A stretch of DNA of 63,036 bases, counting the filler, from Octopus bimaculoides (lineage: Eukaryota), in NCBI RefSeq assembly GCF_001194135.2. It is 7 parts of 7 records of this genome, joined end to end, with 100 filler letters (N's around TTAATTAATTAA, not from the genome) between each part and the next. Parts side by side here need not be neighbours in the genome. Positions count along the whole stretch, not along the records: positions 36,308 to 51,622 come from NC_068985.1; 6 more parts are not named here. One strand, written 5' to 3'. The position numbers and the translations under genes were made by a program. The notes under the pieces were generated by a model that did no database searches, was not told the origin of the DNA, and worked only from the letters and a program-made list of their open reading frames with translations. Below, piece by piece: positions 36,449 through 49,419 of this stretch. Within the stretch, counting starts at the first letter, position 1, and the number at the start of each line of letters is the position of its first letter.

Positions 36449-37157
36449 TGATTATATTTCTGTAGTCATATTTATTAAATTATATTATTTGTATTAATTT
36501 TTGCCTTACATGGGTCTTATATGCTAGCTACTTGATACAATCCTATATAGAATTTATTATCTATATGTAGTAATTCATGAAATTGCAAGTAAATCCGATT
36601 TTCAAGTTTTATTATTTACAACTTTTACAATTTTACAATATTGAAATACACTTCTAGTTTCATGCGTTACGCAACCATCAGGTTTATGTGATGACAGACG
36701 TGTTCCACAACTGATACCTTGTCACACTTGTCAACTTTGGAACACGTCTATCACTATAGAAACTTGATGATTGCATAACGCATGAAAGAACGAGTTTCTT
36801 TCGATAGAGTAAAATTGCAAAAGTTAAAACGTGATAATCGAACTTAGTTGGAATTCTATTGATTAATATATTCTTCTCCACATTATCATACGAACTGGGG
36901 CATATATGTGTGTGTGTGTGTTTGTGCGTGCGTGCGTGTATGTGTGTGTGTGTATGTGTGTGTTTGCGCGTACGTGTGTGTGTGTGTGTGTGTGTGTGTG
37001 TTGAGAGAGGGAAAGTGAGAGGGGTTAGAGAGAGAAAGAATGAAAGAGGTAAATACGATGGATGCGCATATATACACATATATATGTATATATATTGAGT
37101 GAGGGAGAGAAGGCGAGAGGGTTAGAAAAAGATTGAAAGAGGTAATTACGTGGATGC

Positions 37158-37207
<50 letters not shown>

Positions 37208-37923
37208 ATGTATGCATGCATATATGTATGTTTATATATTGTGCATTGTGTTTCTAAGATTCTGAATGTGAGAGTTTTTACTACTAATTCCACTATCGAT
37301 TATAGTCATAAGTCATTTTTCATACGTTTAAAAAATTGTCTGTAAACTCTAGATCTTGTAGTATGATTGTGTAAATTGTTTCTATAATGTAGTTAGGTAA
37401 AACTAAATGTGAGAAATATAGATTGTTGCTTCAGCTAAACTGTTTTTCACTTGAAATATATGTAAATTTATATTGCTGCAAATATACATATCGAGTTACG
37501 ATTTGTGATTTCTAAGCTAATAAAAGAAAATAAACTATTACGATTTTTTTATGGTTTCTCAAACTTCGACGATTGTTGACGCTGATAGTGAATATGTCTC
37601 GTTTAAGAGTCTGTGAACCAACGACAGAATGGATATTATAGGACATGATATACTAAAAAGTATACCTTGATTCTTCATATTAAGAAAAATATTTTCAGAG
37701 TTGAAAGTAAATTGTTAGTCGGGGAAAGAGATTCTGGCTAGTAAATTGTACTGAAGATTATTTATAGCTAACAACCTTCGATGAGCAAAGTCAGTAAAAG
37801 TCGTGAAATGATTTGGACGACAGTGAGATGTCTTGTCTATAGGCTAGAAATTATAACGTTTAAGGAGAATATTTAAAAATTTGCTCTCCTCTAGAATCAG
37901 TATAAAACTATATCTGTACTTGT

Positions 37924-37926
<3 letters not shown>

Positions 37927-38004
<78 letters not shown>

Positions 38005-38007
38005 GTT
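37927..38007. repeat. (ATT)n microsatellite
   Basis: Direct reading. Confidence 0.95.
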
Positions 38008-40228
38008 ATTTTATTTTTATTTTTATTATAATTTTTTTTCCAAACAATTGTTAGTTGTGGTGATTAAGTTCAGCTGTCCTAATGAAGTCTCTTCGATAAT
38101 AGGAATGTAAGACTGGCATTTAAGATTATATCAGACATGAGAAAATTTATCATGAATAGCTACCTTTAAATGATTTATTGGCGTGCTACCTAAGAGGATA
38201 AAAGCATTAATGGAAGATTTTCCTCCTTGTTAGATGCACAGGTGAACCATACGAAAATGATAAATGTTCATGTGCTTGCTGGAGAATGTTCGTTTTTGTC
38301 CACTCTGTTCATTGTTGCTGTTGAGAATTCAAATCATCAAGTTCATATATTTAAGATCTGCACACAACCATACAGGATTGAATAATCGTATGATTTATAT
38401 AGAAACCAGAGCTGCTAGGGTTAATTAAAAATAACATCTTTTTGTACAAGGCGAAATGAGTAAGGATACTATAGGAACTGTTAATATGAGAATATGTTGT
38501 TAACTGGGTTTCAAATACCACGTCATGACGTGTTATGAAGCTTATGTAAAGTAGATCTGAATCCAACAGATGAGTTACTGGTAAGAGACCCGACTAAATA
38601 TTTGCCGAGGTGAATAACAACGAACCACTCACGAAAGAGTGTTTCTTGGTATTTTGATTTGACATACATATCAAATTTGTGAACAAAATGAATCTCATTC
38701 TTTTTACCGGTTGTATATTTTGCATTACAAATCTCAAAAACATACACAATACCATATGTTTTCCAGCATTTATTTGACTAATCCATAAAATGTATTGTGT
38801 ATTGAAGTGAATAATATTTTCTTATACACGTATAAAGCATTAAAACTTCAATGAAAATTTGAGATGATATCATCTGAGAATATTAGAAAACTTAGATTTC
38901 ATTTCCTTTGGAGAATTAGGAATAAACAAAAAGATTTTCCTCTTTACTAGTTAAAGTATTAACCATGTAAAAAGAAAAGTATAAGAGGATGTGGAAAGAT
39001 GATACCTTACAGCACTAAAGATATTTGTACAATAAATACATTATTTGTTTTCATTTTTATTTCTATATTGCTTCTGGTAGTTATGGCGACTTCATGAGTA
39101 TTTTCAGAATCATACGTACCTCAATTATAAGTTCAGCATCTACCGTTTGGCTAAATACCAATTTTGACTCAGTCTTCAGCATGTTTTAACCAGCAGCATT
39201 GTGTCAAACCCTTAAACACATAAGAAAATTCATGGTTACAAACAGGCTCACAGACACACAGATAAATATTAAGTTTTTTTTTCCCCGTCACTCCCAGCCA
39301 AAAAGAAAGATTTCGTAGTATTAGATTCTTCAGTTCTCTTGGCAACTAAACTTTGTAAATTCTTCTGAGAACTACAGGATTTTTGCATGATTTATATAAT
39401 TTATTTAGGGTCTTAGTTCTTAATTCACTCTGCTTTTGTTCTCTCATTATTTCTATATATGTTTGCGTTTGTGAGAACCCATTCATGTGCGTCTGTGTGT
39501 ATTCGCATGCGCAGTTACATATACTCGTACAGCCAGCAGCATCATGTGCTGTGATTATCCCTGTATGACATGAGACAATAGAGAATGAAGCATGTGCACT
39601 GCGACATAATAAAAAAAGAATATTTATTAAATTTCAATAGCATTGTTCCAAAACCAACAACATATTATTTGCTTTTATTTTTGCAGTAATCCTTCCAGTA
39701 ATCTCCATTAATTCCCTGATGTTTTCATGTCTTCCATTAAGTAAGTTTCGTTCAGTAACGGATTTCTGTTTCATATGTAACAAAATACAAATACAATAAA
39801 TAAATACCCTTGCATATAGGATGTACTAACCACATGACACAAACAAAAGGCCCCTTATTTCATTTTTCAATTAACTTATCCTTTTGAAATCCGTATTCTT
39901 ATATACACCTGAGCAAAATTGTGTGTTTGTATGTGTGCATAGGTGTGTGTGCATGTGTGTGTGTGCGTGCGTGTGTGTGTGTGTGTGCATGTATGTGTGT
40001 GTGTGCGTGTGTGTGTGTGTGTGTGAATGTGTGTATGTGTGCGTGTATGTGTGGCAGTGACATTCTACATTAAGAGGACGAAATGTGCACGTGTGCTTTC
40101 AAAGATTTGTTTCGAATTACCAGAAAAAGAAAACGTTATAGTGAATTACGTTTATTGATTTTAATTTTATTCCTTCAGAATTTGTAAGTTACGCCTGTAT
40201 AAGTATTACCATGATTTACACGCACGCA

Positions 40229-40261
<33 letters not shown>

Positions 40262-40617
40262 CACAGACACACACACAGTACACGCGCAGGCATATATATA
40301 CGTGTGTTCGTATGTGTGTATGCGTGTGTGTGTGTGTGACTTTATTTTACATACATTATTGAGTCCCTTACGTTGATATTGCAGCGATATTTGTGTGGTG
40401 TTTCTTTTCCATAAAATGTAAAGAATTGCCTTTCGATATGACTTTTAATATTGCTATTGTCATTGGCTGCAGTCTATGTCGGTACACACTCGGCCATATC
40501 CGTATTGATCACTTAATGAACACTGAGCTCCATTTACTTGTCTATTCTTCTTAAATTTACGTTAGTGTATGTGCGAATCTAGCAAAGACGAATTAAATTT
40601 ACTGCTATTGCTTACAT

Positions 40618-40629
40618 CGATGATGATGA

Positions 40630-40703
<74 letters not shown>

Positions 40704-40724
40704 TTGATGATGATAACGATGATG
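40618..40724. repeat. (GAT)n(GAC)n(GAT)n compound trinucleotide repeat
   Basis: Direct reading. Confidence 0.95.
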
Positions 40725-41859
40725 AATAAATAAACAGCACCAATATTTCAGTGTCAAAAATAATGAAACTTATGGCATCAGCTTATATGCCTTTATATGC
40801 AAAATGTGATATTGCTACTATTGCGCCATCTGGTGATGATAATTGAAGAACTAAATCTTATTCGGAAAGGAAATTAGGGGAAATGGTGATGAATTCATAA
40901 TGCTCCTAATGTCATTACATGTTTCGTTTGTGTGGTCCTATCATTCTAACGTAGTACTTTACGTATCATATCTGCTCACGTTTAACTGATGACAGACGCA
41001 GATAGAACCGATGTTTCCAGGAAAAAAAAAACTACTGGTGGATCTTGATCATTGAAAATAGCATTTATCATTTTGATTTTGTGCTGTATGGATAAGCATA
41101 ATTTAAATTGTTCATTATCTAGTTTTGTGAATTGTTTCTGGTATGTTACCAAACGGTGTTGCATAATTTATATTGTGTCGCTTAAATTAGATTTTACCCA
41201 GAAAATGGGTTTATGGAAGCTGGATTAGTATAGCGGGTAATATCCCGTTGTGATTATTGCTGCGCTTTTGCATATTAGCTTGCGTGTTTCTTATATTTCA
41301 TAATGGTTTTGGAACCTTCTCATATAAATACCCGCATTTGTATAATAATTTTCTTTCCGTATCAGATTATATTCTATCGTGAGACAATCCTAATGTACAA
41401 TTCGTCAAATTCATGCAGGTTATGCTTTTGGTGTCGGATTTAAATTACGGCTAAGGTTAAAGAAAGTTTGAATTTCTTATTGTGAATGTTAGGCAAGAGA
41501 TTTGCCTTGCCTATTAAATTCAAATCACGATGTTTTAAAAATAAATGCATGCAGAGAAATTCAAATTATTTGAACCTACTTCACATAAAAGCCAAGATTT
41601 TAGAATAAGATGCAGAAAACATATAGCTTCTATTATTTTGTCAAATTGTTCACATTAATATCAACCGTTTCAATCTGCCGTGACAGTCTGCCACGCACAA
41701 TCACCGAACGTTCTATAGGAACACTCAACTTGATCAACACTACAATGGAAGTTAAAAGAAATGCATTGTAAATCGGAAAATAGCAATGCTTTCCTTAACG
41801 TAAAGGAATATTCTATAAACATTTAAAAGAACCAACTCTATATTAACCGTGTTATTCTA

Positions 41860-43195
41860 CAAGGTGTCTATTTTAAAAGTAGACTCAACTGTATTTATTA
41901 ATATTTATAACGAATTTTCAATATGATGGACTAACCTACTTTTATTAAAATTCTCATTTAAAAGTTACGTCAAACTAGTTGCAAAATTGTTGGTCGACAC
42001 GTTGTAGACATAAGTCAACACGATGATGTTTGTTCTGGAACACATTAATCTAAACTTCATTTGGGATATTTTGGACAATATCAGTAATATCCGTACTCAG
42101 TTCATCAAGGGTATGCAGATTCATTGCAAAGAGCGTCCTTGATGTAGCCGGATAAAAAGAAATCGAGAAGCGTTAATTCTGGCGGTCTGGGTAGCCATAG
42201 GCCTTTCGTGATCAACCTGTGTTCAAAAGTTTGTCGCAAGTGAAACAAAGTGTGGTTCCTAACATGACATGTTACTGAGTCCTGCTGAAGCCATGCGTTA
42301 CTTTTTTTAAAATTCTCAGTTAGCTGCTCAACATGCTGATCAATTATTTCACAATAATGCTCCGAATTAAAGGTTTCTTGGGAAAAAAATCGTTCCTAAT
42401 ATGCTTCGTCTGCTGATAGTCATCCATACACCAATCTTCACTGCATGTAAGGGTAATTCGACAAACCCGTGAAGATTGAGTGCACTCCAGGTGCGAATGT
42501 TTTGTGAATTTTTAGGCATCCCGATGGGTGAATACGAGCTTTGTCACTGAAAAAGGTTATATCAAGTTGGTTGTCATCCATGTTTTCTTGAAAGCATTTG
42601 CAGTAATCCAATCTTTTGGTAAAATCAGCAGTAGTAAGTTCATGTAAAGAAGACACACGGTATGGGTACAATTTCATCGACTTGCGAAGAGCAGTATGGC
42701 AGCTGCCAACAGATAATCCAGTTTCACGAGACAAACGTCGCACAGATTTCCTGGAAATGCAAAGAATTCGTTGATGATATCTTCCATAACATCATCAGTG
42801 AACGTGGTTCTCGTACATCGACGAACGTGTTTCTCGTTTTCAACTGAACCCGTCTTCCTAAACTTTTTAATCAGAACATTAGTCGCCTGCTTTGTTAACG
42901 GAGGCACATTTGGATATTCGCTCTTAAAATCAGTAACGCAATTGTCTAGGTGTAAATCCATCGCCCATTGATAAAACGTCCTGATCTAAAATAAGATTCC
43001 GAAATAAATGAACGTTGCTGCACTGATAATACCATTACCACTGCAGAAGAAATCCCGAATGAATGTTGCACTTGTAAAAGTCTAAAATCAATTTTGCATA
43101 GTGACACAATTGCAGAGAGCTAATATGAGCCAATCGAAGAGAGCCAATATTTCGACGGTTGATCAATCGAGTCAACTTTTAAATTGAACACCCTG
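41860..43195 (-). mobile_element. Full-length decayed mariner-like (DDD) element with both TIRs
   Basis: TIRs caaggtgtctattttaaaagtagactc (41860-41886) and gagtcaacttttaaattgaacaccctg (43169-43195). Transposase fragments: IKKFRKTGSVENEK, SMRRLSRETGLSVGSCHTALRK, TFFSDKARIH, AWLQQD, GLWLPRPPELTLLDFFL.GYIKD. Confidence 0.9.
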
Positions 43196-45597
43196 AGACA
43201 ATCTATGTATAAAGACAAGAATCCTGTGGGAAATTACAGCGTGAGAGTAGAATTTTCAAACACGTTCTTGCTGGTTTGAATAACATTCGTCAAATTAAAA
43301 ACTCAATGTCGCACAATATTGCTTACGTTTAATCGTAGATTTGGAGACATTGTAGGGGTTATTGTTTATGCTTAGAGTGATATTATAGATTTAGTGTACA
43401 GGTTTAAGGATCAGAGTTTGCATTAAAAAAATCATGATTAGGAAAAGAATTTAGGATTAAAATTCGTGCCTAGCGTTAATGTTGTATCCAAATTTAATGT
43501 TTAAGAATGATAAGGTATCAAACCGCCATAGATTTCCTGTATCGCTATATTAAAACACTAATGTAATCCGTACAGTAGCATCATGGTTTTTTTTATATTA
43601 AAATTTGTTTCCATTCCTAGATAATACATTCCCGTGGAGGGCTGTATAGATGGATAATGATAGGTAGTAAAGCTGAGATGAGAGATTTTTTTTTCCTTTT
43701 CCATCAGATAATTACTCTATAATAATACTGTGTACCTTCGTTTTTTAAGAAGTGCAGAATATATATACACGCTTACATATATATATATATGTATATANNN
43801 NNNNNNNNNNNNNNNNNNNNNNNNNNNNNNNNNNNNNNNNNNNNNNNNNNNNNNNNNNNNNNNNNNNNNNNNNNNNNNNNNNNNNNNNNNNNNNNNNNNN
43901 NNNNNNNNNNNNNNNNNNNNNNNNNNNNNNNNNNNNNNNNNNNNNNNNNNNNNNNNNNNNNNNNNNNNNNNNNNNNNNNNNNNNNNNNNNNNNNNNNNNN
44001 NNNNNNNNNNNNNNNNNNNNNNNNNNNNNNNNNNNNNNNNNNNNNNNNNNNNNNNNNNNNNNNNNNNNNNNNNNNNNNNNNNNNNNNNNNNNNNNNNNNN
44101 NNNNNNNNNNNNNNNNNNNNNNNNNNNNNNNNNNNNNNNNNNNNNNNNNNNNNNNNNNNNNNNNNNNNNNNNNNNNNNNNNNNNNNNNNNNNNNNNNNNN
44201 NNNNNNNNNNNNNNNNNNNNNNNNNNNNNNNNNNNNNNNNNNNNNNNNNNNNNNNNNNNNNNNNNNNNNNNNNNNNNNNNNNNNNNNNNNNNNNNNNNNN
44301 NNNNNNNNNNNNNNNNNNNNNNNNNNNNNNNNNNNNNNNNNNNNNNNNNNNNNNNNNNNNNNNNNNNNNNNNNNNNNNNNNNNNNNNNNNNNNNNATATA
44401 TATATATATATATATCCACAATAGTCCTGTTGTACATTAAATTTCTACTATTTTGGGATGTGCACTTGGTGTTTTCAATTTTACTGTTACAATTCCCCGT
44501 TTCATTTACTCTAGAATTTTCCTAAGAAATGATTTGGCCTTTGTTTACCTGATGCTGCATTAGAAGCATGTATTCCTAGATAACAGAAAATTCCTGATTA
44601 TACTATGTAGATATTCAATTAATGCTGCAAGACACGAGTTGTCAATAGATTTCTACAGTGAAACACGCAGGCAAGTTCGGTCGTGCTATGAAAAGTAAAT
44701 ATAAAGAGGTTAAGCAGAAAACTTAGAAAAAAAACTTACACCAAACATATAAAACATACAAAATACTTGCGTACGAACATAACGGTGTATGTGAAAGATA
44801 TTGCTCGGGCATTGTAATTGTGTGTTAATGTAGATCGAAGGAAATCTCTGCGAGTTTCTGAAAAACAGTATATATTAAGCCATTGCGAATGAATTCGTAC
44901 GTGCCTATATATATATATNNNNNNNNNNATATATATATATATACATACATACATACTGAAATACAAACATATATATGTATATGTATTCTCATATATATAT
45001 ATACATAAACATATAATCGTGTGTATCTGTGTGTGTGTGTATTTTTGTGTATGTGTGGGTGTGGGTGTGCATCTACAGAAAAAGCACAAGAAAACTTCTT
45101 TTTTTTTTATTCGCGACGGCCTCAGTAATTTCCGGGAATACAAAGATATTTGATTTGTGATTTACAAATAGCTGAAGCAGCTTAATATGGCCACACAAAG
45201 GATGGTCTCTGTAAACAAATATGACGAATCTCATTGGCATAGAACTTAGGACATTCCGATGCCTACAAAAGAAGTGACAGAACCTAAAAATATCTCTACA
45301 CTCTTTTATAGATGTAGGAAAAGAATTTGGGAACTTCTGGTTTGTTTTTGATGGAGCTTAAAGATTTTTGATTTATGCTTATGGGGTGAATATTAATATT
45401 TGGAAAAGTGCCCGAATTAATTGAATTTAGTTACTGCAACGAAATATGTGATGTGTTGGATGTGATGAAGACGTACATTGGGTAATGACCCACTGGTTGA
45501 CTTGCGAATATGATGAAACGGCGTATATACATAAATATACACACAACCAAATACAGACACACGAGCACCCCATCACAAATATATATATATGCGTGTT

Positions 45598-45634
<37 letters not shown>

Positions 45635-45641
45635 ATATATA

Positions 45642-45699
<58 letters not shown>

Positions 45700-46350
45700 T
45701 ATTCCTATGTATGTTTATGCGTATGCTTCACTGCGTGCGTACTATAGACACTGTCTCATATGTATTCGCACCTGTATCCGCATTTATAAGATACGTGTCG
45801 ACATACCAATCTAGACATATGGATATATATTTGTATATGAACATTCACAAATATGCATGTAATTACGCAAACAAACGCATGCTCATAGAAATTCTTATTT
45901 ATCGTTCTATACATCTATTTTCTTGACAATCGATGTTTTCGGTAGAAGAGACCGATAAAATAAGTACTAGGCTTAGAAAGAATGAATCCTGGGGCCTGGC
46001 ATGGCCACACTCAAATTATTGAAAGAAGTAAAAGAGTTAAAGAAAAGAATAAAATAATATATTTGTGTGTATTTGATTTGCAAGATTATTTATGTGAATT
46101 CGTGTTTTAAAGCATATTTTAGTGTGTCTGGGAAGAGTCATTCTCTTTTAGCCCTGATAACGGACAGAGTCAACGACTATAGAAAAGGTTGGAAGGCGTA
46201 AGGAAAATTTTAGAATAAATAAATAACTAAATGAGTGGAAATCGAAGCGGTGAGTGTGTTAAATAACAAAGCACTAAAAGAGAATTAAATACCCCGCTCA
46301 CAATAACATGTGTGTGTGTGTATGTATGTATGTATGTATGTATATATATT

Positions 46351-46729
46351 ATTTTACTTGCGGCCAAGCTGGGGTACTGCTTTTAATCGAACCAATTGAA
46401 CCCTGGAATTACTCTTTTTCAGCCTAGTACTTATTCTATGTTTTTTTGTTTTTTTTTGCCGAACTACTACGTTACGGGTATGTAAACGCACTAACATCGG
46501 TTGTCAAGCGATGGTGAAAAACAAAGAAAGACACACAGACACATACTTACATATATATATATATATATATATACGGCAGATTTCTTCCTGTTTCCTTCTA
46601 CTAAATCTACTCACAAGGCTTTCGTCTGGCCGCGGCTATCGTAGAAGTCCCCTGCCAAATGTGCCACACAGTGGGACTGAACCCGGAACCATGTGGCTGG
46701 AAGGCAAGCCACTTACCACACTCCTGCGC
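46351..46729 (-). mobile_element. tRNA-derived SINE family A, full length
   Basis: Reverse complement of the 58398-58800 family, with head gcgcaggagtgtggtaagtggcttgcc. Confidence 0.85.
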
Positions 46730-46839
46730 AAATAAAAATACTCTGACGCACACACACACACACACAGACACACACACACACACACACACACANNNNNNNN
46801 NNNNNNNNNNNNNNNNNNNNNNNNNNNNNNNNNNNNNNN

Positions 46840-46891
<52 letters not shown>

Positions 46892-46904
46892 GTATGTATA
46901 TATA

Positions 46905-47670
46905 CATGGTGCGTAAAAAAAAGTTGAGGACATACAATTTTTAGGTCATTGCTGCATTTTTTACTAACTCTGTGTAATCTTTCTTTCAAAAAATAATAAT
47001 GCCAGACCCTCAGCTTACTCAAGATATGAAGAGGTATGTCGTTCCTGTGGTTTGAAAGGCTGAGCATAGAGATTAGAAATATTTTAAAGTTGCCAGATCT
47101 TTCGTCTACAAAGTGTGTAAGGAACTAGAGATTTAAGGTGGAAACGTATCGCCAATATCAAAGCATAAAAAGCATTGTAAAAGCTCTGGATTCATCAGAA
47201 AATCTGAATTCATCCAACAAGTTCAACAGAGCATTGATCACAATCCCAGAATGTCCATGAGGTCAATTGCAAAAAGATCTTCATTTGTCAGAAATGTTGT
47301 CCCTGAACATATCAGATATGTCATATATGATGATGTAAGATGAATTTGTTAGAAAAAAGCGAAAGAAAATCACTAGATCTGATCTAAAAGTCTCTTAAAG
47401 AAGCTGAAAATTCCAGCAGAAGAATATTTGATTCAGTTTTTCTCAAGAGCAAAAGGTTAACAAAAAAATGACAGATGTTTATGTGTAGGCCCTTCTGAAG
47501 TTTCAAGTGTTATGCATACAGAATTTCCTGCAATTTTAATTGTGTAGGGGCTGTCAGCATTGAAGGACATGCGATGACTCCTTTCTTCTTTCCCCAAGAC
47601 CTTAAAGTTAACTCTGCTGCCAACATTGAGGTCCTGCAAATAATTGTTAAGCCCTGGATGTCTAAACGTA
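46905..47670 (+). mobile_element. Tc1/mariner (maT-like) element, 5' part, decayed
   Basis: MPDPQLTQDMKR..KVARSFVYKV..EL, IDHNPRMSMRSIAK, KNDRCLC..PSEV..VMHTEFPA, EGHAMTPFFFPQDLKVN..VKPW. Begins with TA-catggtgcg. Confidence 0.75.
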
Positions 47671-48534
47671 TATGAAATAGCAAATACTACGTCTTTGTGG
47701 AAGACTTACTTCCATTTTGGGATCATCACCCAGATTGTATATGTAACGAACATTTAGAGCAATATTTTAGAATGATATTTACTTGCGATATCCGAGTGAA
47801 TAACATGTATTTAACACCACACTCAAATACACGAATTCGTTTTCAATATAACTTCTCACGAAGAATACGTATATTCGTTCATGATACATTCAAGAATATG
47901 AAAACATGACATTTCTACAACTTAAAATCTAACGCGATCTTAAATCCATCTATATTCTATTTATTTTCTCTCTTTCTTATTGAAAAACGAATTACTAATA
48001 TTTTCAATAAATTTATTAACTTTGATAAACACACAAAAATCATCGATAACTGGATAATAATTTCTACAAGCAGAGTGTAAATATTATTAAATATACGTCG
48101 TAATTCTTTATCGAGTTATGATATACCATTTACGGTTACCTGCGTTTATGTCATTTGGAATGTGGAAGAAAATGCATTTATCATTGTACCGAGATTATTT
48201 CCCTTGTTGCTGGTAAAACAAATCAACATATTCTTCTTTGAAGCTATTAAATGATCCATGTTTATTGTTTATTTGGTGACAGTAATAATTTATCTCCGTT
48301 TTTTTTGTTGATGTTAATGTTATTTCTTCGCACAATATTTGTTTGTATTCTATATTAAATCAATATTAATATTAATATACACATACACAGAAACACAGAC
48401 ATAGAGACACACATACAGATACACATATACGAACACATAGACACAGACACACATACGTACGCACAGACACACACATATAAATACACGTAAAGATGTGTAT
48501 GTGTGTGTATGCGTGAAGGTGCATTTGATTGTGC

Positions 48535-48662
48535 TGGCGCCTAGCCTAGTGGTTATTAGATTGTACTCAGGATTGCTAGATCGAGCGTTCGATTACCAGA
48601 TCATGCGGCGCGGTCTTTTATTGAGCAAAACACTTCATTTCACGTTGCTCCAGTCCACTCAT
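48535..48662 (+). mobile_element. Degenerate tRNA-derived SINE head
   Basis: ggcgcctagcctagtggtta (A box), gttcgattacc (B box), ttgagcaaaacacttcatttcacgttgctccagtccactc. Confidence 0.6.
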
Positions 48663-49419
48663 CAGGATTATATAAAAAGACAATACAAGAAATGACATAA
48701 CTGAATATATGTAGAATTAAAAACAAACTAGAAAATAATCATACGAAAATATACTAAATACACAAACGAAAGGAAAACACAGACGGTCATCAACTTCTCT
48801 TCAGTTATCGTTCAGGGTGTTTAAGCGCAATTTCGGCCATTATCGATAATATGGCTTCCACTCTGGAGGCATCGGCAAGAAACTTACCGGGAATGTGACT
48901 AAAAAAAAAAGAAGACAAACACAAGAAACAGAATAAAGGCTTAGGGCCACACAAAAACAATTAAAATCATAATAACAGATATACAGGGAAAAAAAGTCTT
49001 TGGACTGCAAAACAAGACAAAAATGAATAAAGCCAAGGAGAAATGAAAAACTGTCCTACAGAACAATAAACAAGGAGCCCATAAAATCGTGTAAATATAT
49101 ACATATGTATATATATATATATATATATGTATATATAAATTAATATACTATTATTTCCGTGTCGACTGCTAAATATAAAATCAAAATACTAAAGAACTAA
49201 ATAACATAACCAGTGAATGACAATTAAGGTATTATATATGTAATGCTTACATAAATCACATATGATATTCACCCTCTGTCGTCTCCAAACATCTCTTTCG
49301 TGACCGAGGCTTTCATAAATGTTATAATTAACGCAAATAAAAACAGCCGTCTGGATATAGTTACAGGTACTTCGTCTTGAAATGAAAAACAATATCAACA
49401 AATTGTAACATGAACTAGA

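Noticed and set aside
38351-38566. ORF DLLYISFITRHDVVFETQL, loosely resembling a diacylglycerol lipase segment
   Set aside because: The resemblance is short, the downstream lipase motif is absent, and there is no usable acceptor in frame.
48825-48868. Minus-strand hairpin gccat-attatcgataat-ggcc followed by GAAA
   Set aside because: No CUGANGA core; at most a decayed Penelope-type remnant.
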